From NCBI GenBank assembly GCA_963924565.1, contig OZ004607.1, forward strand, positions 10,168,001-10,232,000: 64,000 nt of DNA, written 5' to 3'. The notes beneath the pieces are model-generated. The model did not search any database, had not been told where the DNA came from, and saw nothing but the letters and a program-made list of their open reading frames with translations. The DNA is from Ascidiella aspersa. Its lineage: Eukaryota. The position numbers and the translations under genes were made by a program. Below are positions 25,799-37,500 of the stretch, piece after piece (within the stretch, counting starts at the first letter, position 1; each line of letters begins with the position of its first letter).

Positions 25799-28700
25799 TC
25801 ACTCGTTGAGGAACTTTAATCGTCGCTGCGAGATGGCCGACCTCCTTTGCTTGGGATCAGCGGGCGGCTTGCCTGTTACGACTTCGGCCCTTGCATTTGA
25901 CTCTTGTCGCTCAGGTCCCTTCGTTTCGCTCGATTCGACAAACCGCGTTTTGCTGATTTTTTCCGACTTCGTTTCCTGCGGACGCACAGGTTTTAAATCT
26001 GCTCTGCCGACGTCGCGCGGTTTGCCTTCGTTCGGGCTTCTTAGACGCAGAATTCGACCGAATCTCCGCGAAACGACTTCAAAGGCCTTCTTTACTTCGT
26101 TGTAGTTCTCAGCTTGCGGAAGTTCCCGTTTAATTTGGATTTGTTTTGCTTCTGGTTTTGTTGAACGTGCCTTAACGTCGTGGTTTGAAGGCATGCTGAC
26201 ACCATTTGTGCGTGGTTGATCCCCTTGGCTTTTGTCGTTGCTGTACGGGTTATCTTGAATGCTGGATCCTTCTACAGCATTTGAGTCAGACAGTTTTCCA
26301 CTTTGAGTTAAAGTTGTCCGAGAATTGTCCTCCTTTTCGCATATGTCGACAGATTGTCGCATAGTGCTTCGTCTTTGAATCCGCGCAGAGTTATTTTTGT
26401 CCTGCTTTGGCGGCCGAGGGGCGTAAAATTCAGTGGAGGTTCCTGTGCGGGAATACACATTATTTGTAATTGTCTCTTTTTTCCCTAAGTTTTGTTTTTG
26501 CGGTGACTGGCAGTTATTGAGCATTCTTCCTTTATACACTGATAATGACTTTTGCGCATGGTTTGGCGGCTTAGGCGCTCTTGGTAGAGGTAAGTCGCGT
26601 CCTTCTTCAACAAGGCCTGCTGGTCCTTCATTTTTGACCTTCTTTCCACTTTTAGACTTTGAAGCCACAAATGAGCGTCGCATCACAGATGGATATGGCC
26701 GTGTTGATTTCCGGTCAACTTTAGGTGGACTTGGACACATTGTAGAATGTTCTGGGAATTCCGAAGGCTTGTCACTCTTTAAATGCGGTTTGATGTTTTG
26801 TTTTGATCTTTCGACTAACGATTTTGTACTGTCTTGTGCTTTGTGCGAGCTATCTCCCACCATTATTGAGTTGTTGGATTGAAATGCTCTGGAGTTAGGA
26901 ACAAGGTTTACTTCATCGAGAATTGCACCAACAATCGCCTGATTCGAAGACCTTGAGGTTTTTGATTTGACAACCGTCGTTAGTTGTGCTGTGGAGGTAT
27001 AAAAGGGAAAATATTTATAAGACAAAGTGGGTAATATAATCTGCATGCTAGAGTCAAACAGTAATTGGAGTTTTATTAATAACCCTTTATATTATCAAGG
27101 TACAAACGGAATACGAAGTAAATGTTTTGTACCTGCATATGAGTAGGTTTTATAGAGAAATTTAACTTTAAAGGAACACCAACCTGCATTGTTTTCTATG
27201 ATGTGTTTATTGGACCTTATAGGTTGCTTCTTCAACGACGCATAGGCGACACGAGGGTCACCAATTGTCGGATCTGTGACGTAACAATATTCATCGATTA
27301 CAATACGTTAATACAAACCTCGAAATACCGTGAAACGTTAAAAAAACCTGCAACTGAGAAAATGCAAAGACACTTACCAACTGAAGTTAAACTTCGTCTC
27401 CGAGATTTCAAAACATCTTCTTTTAACTTGTCGTCAGCTTGAGATGGCTTTGAAAAGTCGGCTCGTCCTTTTTTTTCTTTAAAAAGAAGGTAAGATTTTT
27501 ATTGCGTTTAAATTAATCCTACTCTGAAGCAAGCTTTAGAAAACTTACTGACAACGTCGGAAGTAATATGGGTTTGTGCCACATTCTTAACCTTCTTTGA
27601 GTCAGCTCTTTTCAAATTCTGTGAATAAAACAAAATCTAGTAAAATTTAAAATCAAAACGTTTTAAAAAGAAAAATGAAATCAAATGAACCTAACAAATT
27701 TGCTCGGAGAAAAACACGTTACTTGTTTCAGTACGCATGCATAGTAAATTCTCCACAAATTGCCTTTACCCACCTTTCGTGATTCATTCGTTGCCGCTGC
27801 AACATTTCTCCTCAAATGGGGTCGCGATAAATGCAAGTTGCACTGCAAAAATAAACGGTTTAGCGTGTGTACACAAATAAATTTAACGCTATAATTAATA
27901 ACATCTAAAGATAATATTCAAAACTCTTTTTGAAATTAAAATAATATTATAAATCTATATGTTCTAAAATGTGGAACCACCATTTTACCTTCGTTTCATT
28001 AGAAACTTCAGAGTCAGATATACTCAAAAGTTCCAATACGGCACGATATATAAACGGATCAACCGGCTTCATAATTGGCTGTTCTCTTACTTTCTGCTTT
28101 GAAAATTTGCTAAGAGGATTTTCTGAAACTGTTAAAACCAGGATGTTAAAAGTTGTTTCCGCTTGAAATTATCTATTTACGATACACGATTTATTGCTTT
28201 AACTTTGGTCCATCTGCTTGCCTGTGCATAGTGTAAATATATTTACCTTTTGGAATAGCTTCAACGTGTACATCCACTCGGCTCTGTTTTCCTGCTTTGG
28301 TATATTCTGCAACTTTATTCGCTCTCTTGGATTTCTTGCTGCGACGATTTTTATCACCTTTTCGTTTGGAACGAAAATCTTGTTTATCTTTAGCGTTTCG
28401 CTCATTTTTTACTTTGGCTGGGGTTTCTGATGCTTTTGTATTTCCAAGAATTGGCTTTTCGTCAATTTTTTCCTCATTCGATGGAATAATTTTGTTTTTT
28501 GATTTATGAGATGTGGGTGAAGGAACATCTGACTTTTCGCTATTTGCTTCACTTTGTGACTTCCCAACTCCAGCTGCAAATAAACACACGTTAGATCTGT
28601 TCGCCTTGTGCTGATTTAGGGTACTTAGCTGATCGAAGAGGATTGGTGATAACCACGAGACAACAAAACAGATAAGACAGAACAAATGGGTGACTTGCAG

Positions 28701-31700
28701 TCGGCTGATTTGACTGAAACCTGCCACTCAACAGAAAACGACGTGACGTGACAACATATAACAGAAAGTCAAGCCTTGACAAAACATGTATGAGCTGTTA
28801 AATCTTTAACAGAAATAGTATTTATAAAGTAACTATAACGTTGATGCTGATAAAGTAGCAAATTTTTTGAAAAAGATAGCCTAACATTTTTTAGTGCTTA
28901 CATCAATTTCTTTGTTACGTAACACATTTGTAATAACCTGTGCAGAACAATAATCGAAGATATATGCTAAAAATACCTATCGGCGAGTATTGCTTCTCAC
29001 CAACTTGGCAAATGTGTATATTTCGAGTCTCCTTTTGATTACATTTATGGCTTTGTTCTTCCAAATTGGTACTTTTCTTTTGGTCATTTGTAATCTAAAA
29101 TACAAAAAAGATGTCAAATGAACAAAATACAGGCGTTATCAAGACCCAAAATATCAAGGAATCATTTTTGATTTAGTTAGACCAACAATAACCTGTACCT
29201 TCACTGCTTCTTTTGTGCGAGACTTCGCTGAAGAAACATTACAAGAAATAGCCGATTTTTTTAAACTTTCTTCGCCACTCCCATCCTTGGACGAAACATC
29301 TTCTTCGTTACTGGTTAGCATTTTATAAAGACAAAAACCAAGCATATTTTGACGAACATTGGCAAACTTGGCTTTCCACTGGTAAGCTTTATCGCGTTTC
29401 GGGCATGGCTTTGTAACTCGCTCTATCGGGCGCCAAGACTTTTCGGCGAGATCAACGGTGTTGCGATTTATCATACGATACTCGAAGTACATTTCCGGCG
29501 ATTTTCCCTTTTCCAAGAATTCTCGCCATTCTCCAAGCAACGGCGAATTTGTAACGACTCGCTCCACGCAGCGAATGCCGAGGGTCGGCTCTTCAACATC
29601 CGGAGACCAAGTCCAGGGATCTTCGAGGACTTCGCTCTTCCGATCGTGTTTTCTCTTGTAGGGGTTGGGGATGACGTCGGTTTTACGCAGCTCGTTTTCT
29701 TCCAACCTCCAGACTTCGGTGACGCGAACTCCGCCCGTGTCTTGCTTCGGAAGCGCGATCATGATTCCGGCATCACGCAGGTCCTCCGGACTGTTTCCCG
29801 CATTGAGGAGGAAGCTTCGACGCTCCTCCAGCAGCATCATACGTTGCCACAGGTAGTGACTCACGTAGGTCGGTTGAAACTTGTAAACTGCAAAAACAAA
29901 AAAACAGAGTTATGAAAAAAAAACTAATTATAGTTCAAATGATATTTAACTTGCTACACGAACCCGAATTGCCAGAAACCCAAGTCACGTCCTTCGTATC
30001 CAGCGGCGATTTCTGCAACGCAAAGACGCTGTGTAAGAAAAGCTCCACAGTGGATAAAATCTACTAAAAACAAACTTACGTTCGAAAGCCCGTGTTGCGC
30101 TAACCACTGATCTTGCACAATTTCGTCAACTGTCGGTCGGTCTTTTGGACTTCTCTTTAATAACCGACTGAGTAACTCTTTACAACCTGTTTGACAATAT
30201 TGTTAAATGCCAAGAATTGGTATATTTATTTATTTAGTAAATTTACTTACCAAGTGAAACGCCTTTACGAAAAGGCAGCGGTTGGCCTTCGGAATCTGAA
30301 ATCTTTTGATAAATGTCTTCTGAAGTTTTTCCGTCAAATGGTAAATATCCGTTTGTCAATAGGAAAAGAATAACTCCTCTAGAAAGAAAATGGTCCATTA
30401 ACTTTTATAAGCATTCGATAGAAGGTAGATATTTATCTAATTCTAACATTTGTGGTGCATAACAACAAATCACTAAAATCGTGGTTATTTATTAAAATAA
30501 CCTAACCCCCTTTAACTCTCTTGTATAAAAAACGACATTATACGTACAAGCTCCACACATCAGCTTTAAATGGGTTGTAGGGCGTTTCGTGTCTTTTTGA
30601 AACCTCGGGAGCCACATAACCGCGGGTGCCACAATTAGAAATGGCAAGTAATTCTTGTGGAATTTCCAGCTGCTTTGAAGCGGCGACGGAAAACCCAAGG
30701 TCACATATTTTCACTTGCCCATCACCCGTCACCAGTACGTTGTCTAGCTTCAAATCTCTGCAAATAACACAATCAAGCGGTGTAGTTTACCTCGAGGGAT
30801 ATTATTTCGTGAAAACACGAAGGTTACGGAGATACATTATATTTTGATATTTAAGTAAGCGAATATACACATTCGTTGTTAAGCAAAGTGCTACCTGTGT
30901 GCGATGTTTTTCGTGTGCATTTGTTTAACGCCTTTCGCAATTTCGCTGAAATAATGAGCGGCAAGCCCTTCTTCTAAATGTCTTTTTCCCTGTGGATTTC
31001 GGCAAATGTGCTCCTTGAAAACCTGCCTTAGGTCGCCTTTGGCCGCATACTCCATCACCAAAAATATTCGCTTACTTGCTACGAAAACGTCCAATAGGTT
31101 AACCTAAAACGAGTGGGACATTTGTAAAAGCTGATATACAAAACACTCTACCATCACACATATGTTATACGTACAACGTTTGGAAGTCCAAAACACTTGT
31201 TGCAGTTTGCTATTTCCGCCGGTAAGCATGTCCATAAAGCTGATATATAATCGGCTCCGACATCCGCATAACAGATCTTAATTGCAACCTGTGGGGAAAA
31301 AAATTATATTAGACTTTTTATTACGGTAACTTGTTTTTATAAGTTATTTTTTAATTTAAACGCATTAGTTAATAATGATAACATTTATGTATTTAATTGG
31401 TAAATAAATGAGTTGTTATTCCTGAAATTTTGCAAACGTAAGGCGATTTCAACTTTTCGGACGTAATATTTTTATACTTTTAACTAATATGAACACCAAC
31501 ATTAAGCAAGTAAATCAAAAACAAGTAAAACAGCAGTACAGTTTTACATATTACGTCATAAAAACTTGAATGGATTTTCAGGCAAATGTAATGCCCAATC
31601 ACGTGATGGTTACTATGGCAATAAAACTGAACATGCTAAAAAATGGAACATTTGTTTGAATGTTTCACTACAAAAACGGCCGAAAATATATTTTACAAGT

Positions 31701-32033
31701 GATATTACATTTTTTTCTGCTCTATATGAATCACATATACATTTCACTTTCTTTCTCACATTTATTTTATTTATAAAACTAAAACTGACTGTCATAACAG
31801 TTAAACAAAAAATGTAAATGACATTTCAGTCATTTCCCAACCTTTAGTTGCTTATTTTCTTTTTTGACCAACATCAGCTTCTCGGATGACCTAATCTTCT
31901 TCTTAGTAGGTCGGGCCAAAAATACTCTACCTGTGGCCCCACCTCCCAAGTATTTGTCGTCCACTTTGTACCCTTGATTAGCACAAGCTCTTCTTTCCTT
32001 ATGAAGAAGGAACTCCTTTACCTGTGAATTCAT
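25799..32033 (-). CDS. TSSK-like (CAMK group) Ser/Thr kinase with a C-terminal extension of about 950 aa (about 1268 aa in this model)
   Basis: Kinase exons (minus strand): 32033-31842, 31288-31175, 31103-30895, 30757-30548, 30378-30251, 30186-30080, giving LGGGATGRV, VAIK, LPAEI, IFLVMEYAAKGDL, HRDLKLDN, DLG, CGTRGYVAPE, PYNPFKADVWSLGVIL, LPFDG, RPTVDEI. Tentative tail exons that keep frame: 30012-29964, 29887-29193, 29094-28977, 28573-28247, 28128-27989, 27842-27774, 27618-27549, 27476-27378, 27273-27184, 26988-25799 (TGA). Minus-strand AATAAA at 25537-25542. Kinase domain is secure; tail linkage less so. Confidence 0.8.
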
Positions 32034-32290
32034 TATTCTCAAACCAGATGCTGCTGAAATACAGCAGAATCTACAAAATTGCTTTTAATCTGACAATATT
32101 CACTTTTGTAACAACTCTCTGAAACACGTCTGTCTATCTCTCCTCTCAAAATATCTCAAATTTTGTTAAATTTTTGGCAAAAACCTGCCATTGTGACTCT
32201 ATGACGTAACAATAGACTTAGTTGCGTGTAAAAGCAATAATTTTTAAAGCATTAAAAACCCAACATGATTTTTGAACTAGGGTTATTTAC

Positions 32291-32883
32291 CAGGGAGTCG
32301 AACCGGAACCGAACCGGAACTTTATGAACCGGTTTTTGGTCAATTTTTTTCGAACCGTAACCGAACCTGAACCGTTTTTTATAAGATTTTAAGGAACCGA
32401 ACCGAAACTGAACCGAATAATTTGAAAGAACATGAACCTTAACCGAACCCGAACCTGTTAACAAAAGCGGTTCGCTCCTGCATGACGTCACAACTTCTAT
32501 TTTACAGAGTCAAGTTACGCCATGTTCGATATTTTAGGAAAAAAATATGATTATTGAATGAAAAAATCGTTGATTTTTATTTTTTAGGTATTTCAATAAT
32601 GAGTTGCTGTTTTTTTAATAAGTCACGTAACTTAAATTAAATGACTTACAATTCAAAGATCATTCTCTAAATTTATCGACACACATTTTGAGATTTAACG
32701 CAAATTATATTGTATCTTAACAGGAACTTTATGAACCGGTTTTAAAATAACGATGGTTGAACCGGAGCTGAACCGGAACTTTTAAATTCCTCCGAACCGA
32801 AACCGGAACTGAACCGGATTCCGAAAAAATCCTTGAACCCGAACCGAACCTGAACCGGAAAAGTCAAACGGTTCGACTCCCTG
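32291..32883. mobile_element. MITE with GAACC(G) subterminal repeats, in the kinase/ANKZF1 divergent intergenic region
   Basis: TIRs CAGGGAGTCGAACCG...CGGTTCGACTCCCTG and many GAACCG/GAACCGGA repeats at both ends. Confidence 0.88.
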
Positions 32884-34086
32884 ATTTTTTCTTTAGCATT
32901 ATTTCACGTACCAATCAACGAAACAAAACAAATAGCAAGCAAACCAATTTACTAAAAAAGGGAAAAATGAAAGCAATTCTCAAATTTTACCTTTTCCTCT
33001 TTATATCCACCAGGAAATGCTCGTTTCACATCCATTTTTGCAGGCATTTAGCCAGATACATTTGCTGGTGAACTATTTATTGCCTTTCATTTAAAATAGA
33101 TAGGTTTACTCCGTTTTAGAGCAAATTAAGTCTGCATCAGACAAAAAGCATTAAAGTGCAAATAATTATATCTCATTGATACAGGGGAATACCAAGGGGA
33201 AATACCAAAACTTCCTTTACGTTAGTTGCGCAACTATCAATAAGCAAGTTTTCAATGACTTGCCAAACTATATAAAATTGAGATTTAATGATACAAAATA
33301 TCATATTCCGCAATACAATCCAACAATACCGACATATAGATGCGTCAGCATTAGCTATGTTGTCAGCAATTGTTTAGTTGACTATGGCGATGCAACATGC
33401 CAACATCGAACGAACGAAACTTCATTCAGCAAATCAGCTCGGCATTTTTTTAGCAAATACTGAGACAGTTAACCATAACAAACTGCGTGGAAGTTGTATT
33501 GCACCATTTTGACCGTAGTTTCCCAATGCCAACAGTGCAAAGTTTGTTTGGATTTGAGAAACATTTGGGTAGCAACAGTTATTTAATTGGAAACAGTTTG
33601 AATTGTGTTTTAGAAGCCTTTAATTTTGCGGCTTTAAAAAAGGTACCTTTAAAATTTTCAATGCTGTAATTAAATACTACCATAAGTGTTAAGATGAATG
33701 AAGTTTTATGCATTCGCTTAAAATTTAGGCCAAACTTTTCAAATGTGATTTGGTAATTAATAAGAAAAGTATGTTGCTTCTTTAGTAACATGCGTATAAC
33801 GTATATAACAAACTTGTGTAACGGTGAGAAACTAATAAACACTCCAAACTGATATACAAAGTACTTTTGCATGAACGTTTGAAAGAGGCGTGTAGTTTGA
33901 TCCCTATATGATCACCACTAATAGATGTATGGTAGCCATGCGTAATGAAATAGAAATCGTGCTGGACAAATGGCGAAATGGCACTTTTCGAGGGTATTTT
34001 ACCGGGCTAACAAAGTAACTCCTTGTGGTTTAAGGTAAGGTATAAATTAAGTAAAGAAAAATGTTAAAAGTTTGCTTTATGCAAAT

Positions 34087-34406
34087 CAGTGTTTCGCAAC
34101 CTATTTTGCCTTGGAGGCATCCAACAGAAATTCTAAATGGTTTGTGGCACACCTGCTCATATTTTTGTGGATTGGTTAACTGTAACCTTACAATAAACAA
34201 GATTGAAACAGCACATTATCTGTGCAACAAGGTTGATAAAACCTTGTTTAATTTGTGACACTTTTATTGTACATACAAAATTGTATTAAGAAGTTTACCA
34301 ATACAGCAAAAATTTAAATTGTAAAGAGTATGAAATATCTCTCGGCGCCCTTGAGCCTTAAAAATGGCACCCTAGAGTGCCACAGTCCCCTTTGAGAACA
34401 ACCATT
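34087..34406. mobile_element. Degenerate hAT-type MITE in the probable ANKZF1 5'UTR intron
   Basis: CAGTGTTTCGCAACC...TTTGAGAACACCATTG with GGCAC subterminal motifs. Confidence 0.55.
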
Positions 34407-34520
34407 GAAATATTTAATTTAATCACTTTAACAAAAGCAGTAACATTATTAATTTTTTCAGATATATATTGATTGTTGGTGTTTTGTCTCTTTTAATTAT
34501 TTGTACTTTGAATGTAAACA

Positions 34521-37500
34521 ATGGAAGTCGACCGTCCGTACAAAATAACCTTAAGTGATCAACGCCGCATCAAAGAAATCTTGCATGGCTTCAAACTGGC
34601 AAGAAGTTCTTCACAAACTGATGCTGAGAGTGATTCTGAAACAAATGGAACAAGTAAATTGACTTTATTTCGTTTTATAATATACATATTTATTTGATAT
34701 TGGTTGTTCAGAATTTGAACATTTTGAATGCATGCTCATAGAAAATCTAAATTTTGTTGTTTTAAATTAAACGACCAGTCTGCATTTCACCTTTACGCCG
34801 AGATCATGGCTTTTTTGGCAATGTAACACATTTCATTTGAAGATTAAAGATTCATTAAAACATTATAAATGGGTTACCGTCCCCCTAAAAATATGAACGT
34901 TTTAAATGTGGTATTTTCTATTTTATTTCTTCAAAAGCCTGCTTTTTGTGCAATATAATTTAGCACTGGAAGAGACTGAATCTGACGGATCTTCGGCAAA
35001 CCGTTGTTTGACGTGTAAATGCGAAATTCTGAAAAGAGAAGACCAGGTTGAGCACTACAAAGGTGACTGGCATCGATACAACATCAAGCTCAAGCTGCTT
35101 GGTCAGCCAGCAGTGTCAGCAGAAGAGTTTGTGGACAATTCAGGTTCGTAACAAATGAGTGGTTTCAAGGCAGCACCCCAATTTTTTTAGATCTAGCATT
35201 TAAAAGCTTGTTTTATATTTAGATTGTTCATGTTTGTGGGCTACACAGTTAAAATGTTACTGCCTCCATTACTAAACAGTTATATTTAAGAAAATTATTA
35301 ATCTTGTTTCACTGTATTTGAACAAATATAGTGGTGCTAACCTTTCTGTTAAAATTGCTAAACCACCCAGATTTTCCACTTTTTACAAGATGTGCCACAC
35401 TTTTATATGTAAAGGAGATAACTAATAGATGTATACCAAAAATATTGCTGTTTTCAAGTTACTTAAATGGCATACTCGTATAGTGCGCCACTTGTAATTA
35501 TGCAAAATAAGTTGACCACCTCTGATCTAAAATAGTTGCTTCATAGTTTTTTTTTACCAAACTAGATAAAGAATGCAGCTAAAAGGGTCAATAAATCAAT
35601 ATCATTCTAATTAAGATGTTCATTACGATAAAGATGTCAATTTACTTAACCTTTGTGGCTTTGATATTTATTATCAAGCTACTTTACATATCTGTGCACA
35701 GTGTACCTAAATTAATAAATGGCCTATTCACAAAACATGTATAACTATAGTAAAACACTCTTTCAGACTTATTCAGCATATCGGGGTCGGAGTCTGACAA
35801 TGAAGATACTCCATTGAATGTTTCTAGTGATGAAAATCGTAAGACTTCTATGTCAGTTTTACTGCAAGACTCTGACGAAAATCGCGATGCTCAGCTCGAT
35901 AACCGGAGACCCAAATTGTACTTCAGAAACTCTTCCGAAGATATTGTGTCAGTATACAAAAAAGTCCTCTATAGTAGACAAGTAAGTGAATTCAAGGCAG
36001 TTTTAAAACCTTACATATATTATATTTGACTGATATTTACCGACCATATACCCGTATGTTTTGCAAGCATACTTTATGTGCTTTTTGACAATTCTTAACA
36101 GTAAATTCCTTTCTGTCAATTTCAATTGAAAAAATGTTAATTATGTAGATGGTCTTCCATGTATAACAGTTGTTCTTAAAGTTTTATCTTGAAGACCCCT
36201 ATTAATTTGGGGGTTCAATGTTGTGACTCATCAATTTTTTTTCTGTACAATATGAAATGAACTTTCAAATTAGTTAGAATAGAAACCACTTACTGTACAC
36301 AGGATTTTAAATGCATTTAAACTCAATAAGAATAATATGAATTTGGCTCAGGTCATTTATCTTTTAATTTTTAAAAAAAGATGTGTGGCAGAGCCCTGGA
36401 AACTTTCTCATCTACTTCCAGGGTTCCCCAGACCATAGTTTAAGAATCACTGGGCTGTGGAGTCGGGACTCTGAGGACTTGGTTTGTTTTGCTGGAGTCG
36501 GACATTGTACTGGAGTAAAACTACCCTGTGTACCCTAGTCCGTTGTGCGCAATACCAAATTTTGAAACTAATAATGCCACAAATGTAAATTGTAAAAGTG
36601 TAATACGAATGTGAATGTTTTCCCACCATGTATTGTGGGTGGATGAATTAAATGACAATCCTATGAGTGGATTGCTGATAATAATTCCTATTTGCATTGT
36701 GCAAATGGATAAATAACAGTCTCTAGAGTCGGGGCCAATATCGAGACTCAACAAAATCGCACATATAGTCAAGTAGGACTCTGGTTCATTTTTTTGGCTG
36801 GTGTCGGACTCGTGAGTCAGACTCTGGTTATTTTTAACTGACTCCGCAGTCCTGCTATAACATCTTGTTTAGAACATTACATCCTCATTTTATCTTTAGA
36901 GCTCCGATTTGGATGCTGGCATCACCAAAGTTGCAGTTGATACACTCCACGAAGCTTTCGACAAGTACTGGGCTGTGATCTTACTGAGTGCCGGGCATTT
37001 TGCTGCTGGCGTATTCCAGGGTTCGAAGGTTGTTGCCCACAAAACTTTTCACCGTTATGTGGTTCGGGCCAAGCGAGGCGTAGCACAGAGTCTAAACGAC
37101 AGCATGAACAGAGGAAGTACAGCAAAGTATGTTTGTTGTAATGTGACAACTCATATTGTGATTATTTCATTTAAAACCAAGTAAATTGTCCAAACGACTA
37201 CCGTTAGGTCAACATATTTTGGCTAAAAGACTTAAGTTAAGTCAAGTCATTTGAAAACTGTGACTTAAGTGCCTTAAATCATTGACTCAATTCAAGTCAT
37301 TGACTTAATCATTACAACACTGGGACCCATTTAGGCGATTTTAATTCTTTTTTTGTGCGTAGATCCGCTGGCGCAAACCTGAGACGCTACAACGAATTGC
37401 AACTTGAAGAAAACATCAAAAGCCTTCTGAAGTCGTGGAAAGAAGATTACATCGACCAATGCTCGCATATTTTCCTGCGCATTCCAAACCACAGAAAGGT

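Noticed and set aside
28902-28937. Extra 36-nt exon-like segment (and 27319-27347) in the kinase tail region
   Set aside because: Good splice signals but phases do not fit the simplest model; left out, though they show the tail model is uncertain.
25806-29915. Plus-strand ORFs 25806-26105, 26433-26882, 29349-29915
   Set aside because: Antisense shadows of the minus-strand kinase-tail exons.
30548-30757. Kinase as STK16 orthologue (DLG motif; human STK16 lies near ANKZF1)
   Set aside because: The rest of the domain (VMEYAAKGDL, CGT..Y.APE, PYNPFKADVWSLGVIL, LPFDG, LPAEI) is CAMK/TSSK-like and lacks the NAK-family activation segment and the N-terminal myristoylation Gly.
32291-32883. CRISPR-like or iteron-like array of GAACCG repeats
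   Set aside because: Eukaryotic context, irregular spacing, and bounded by TIRs: a MITE.
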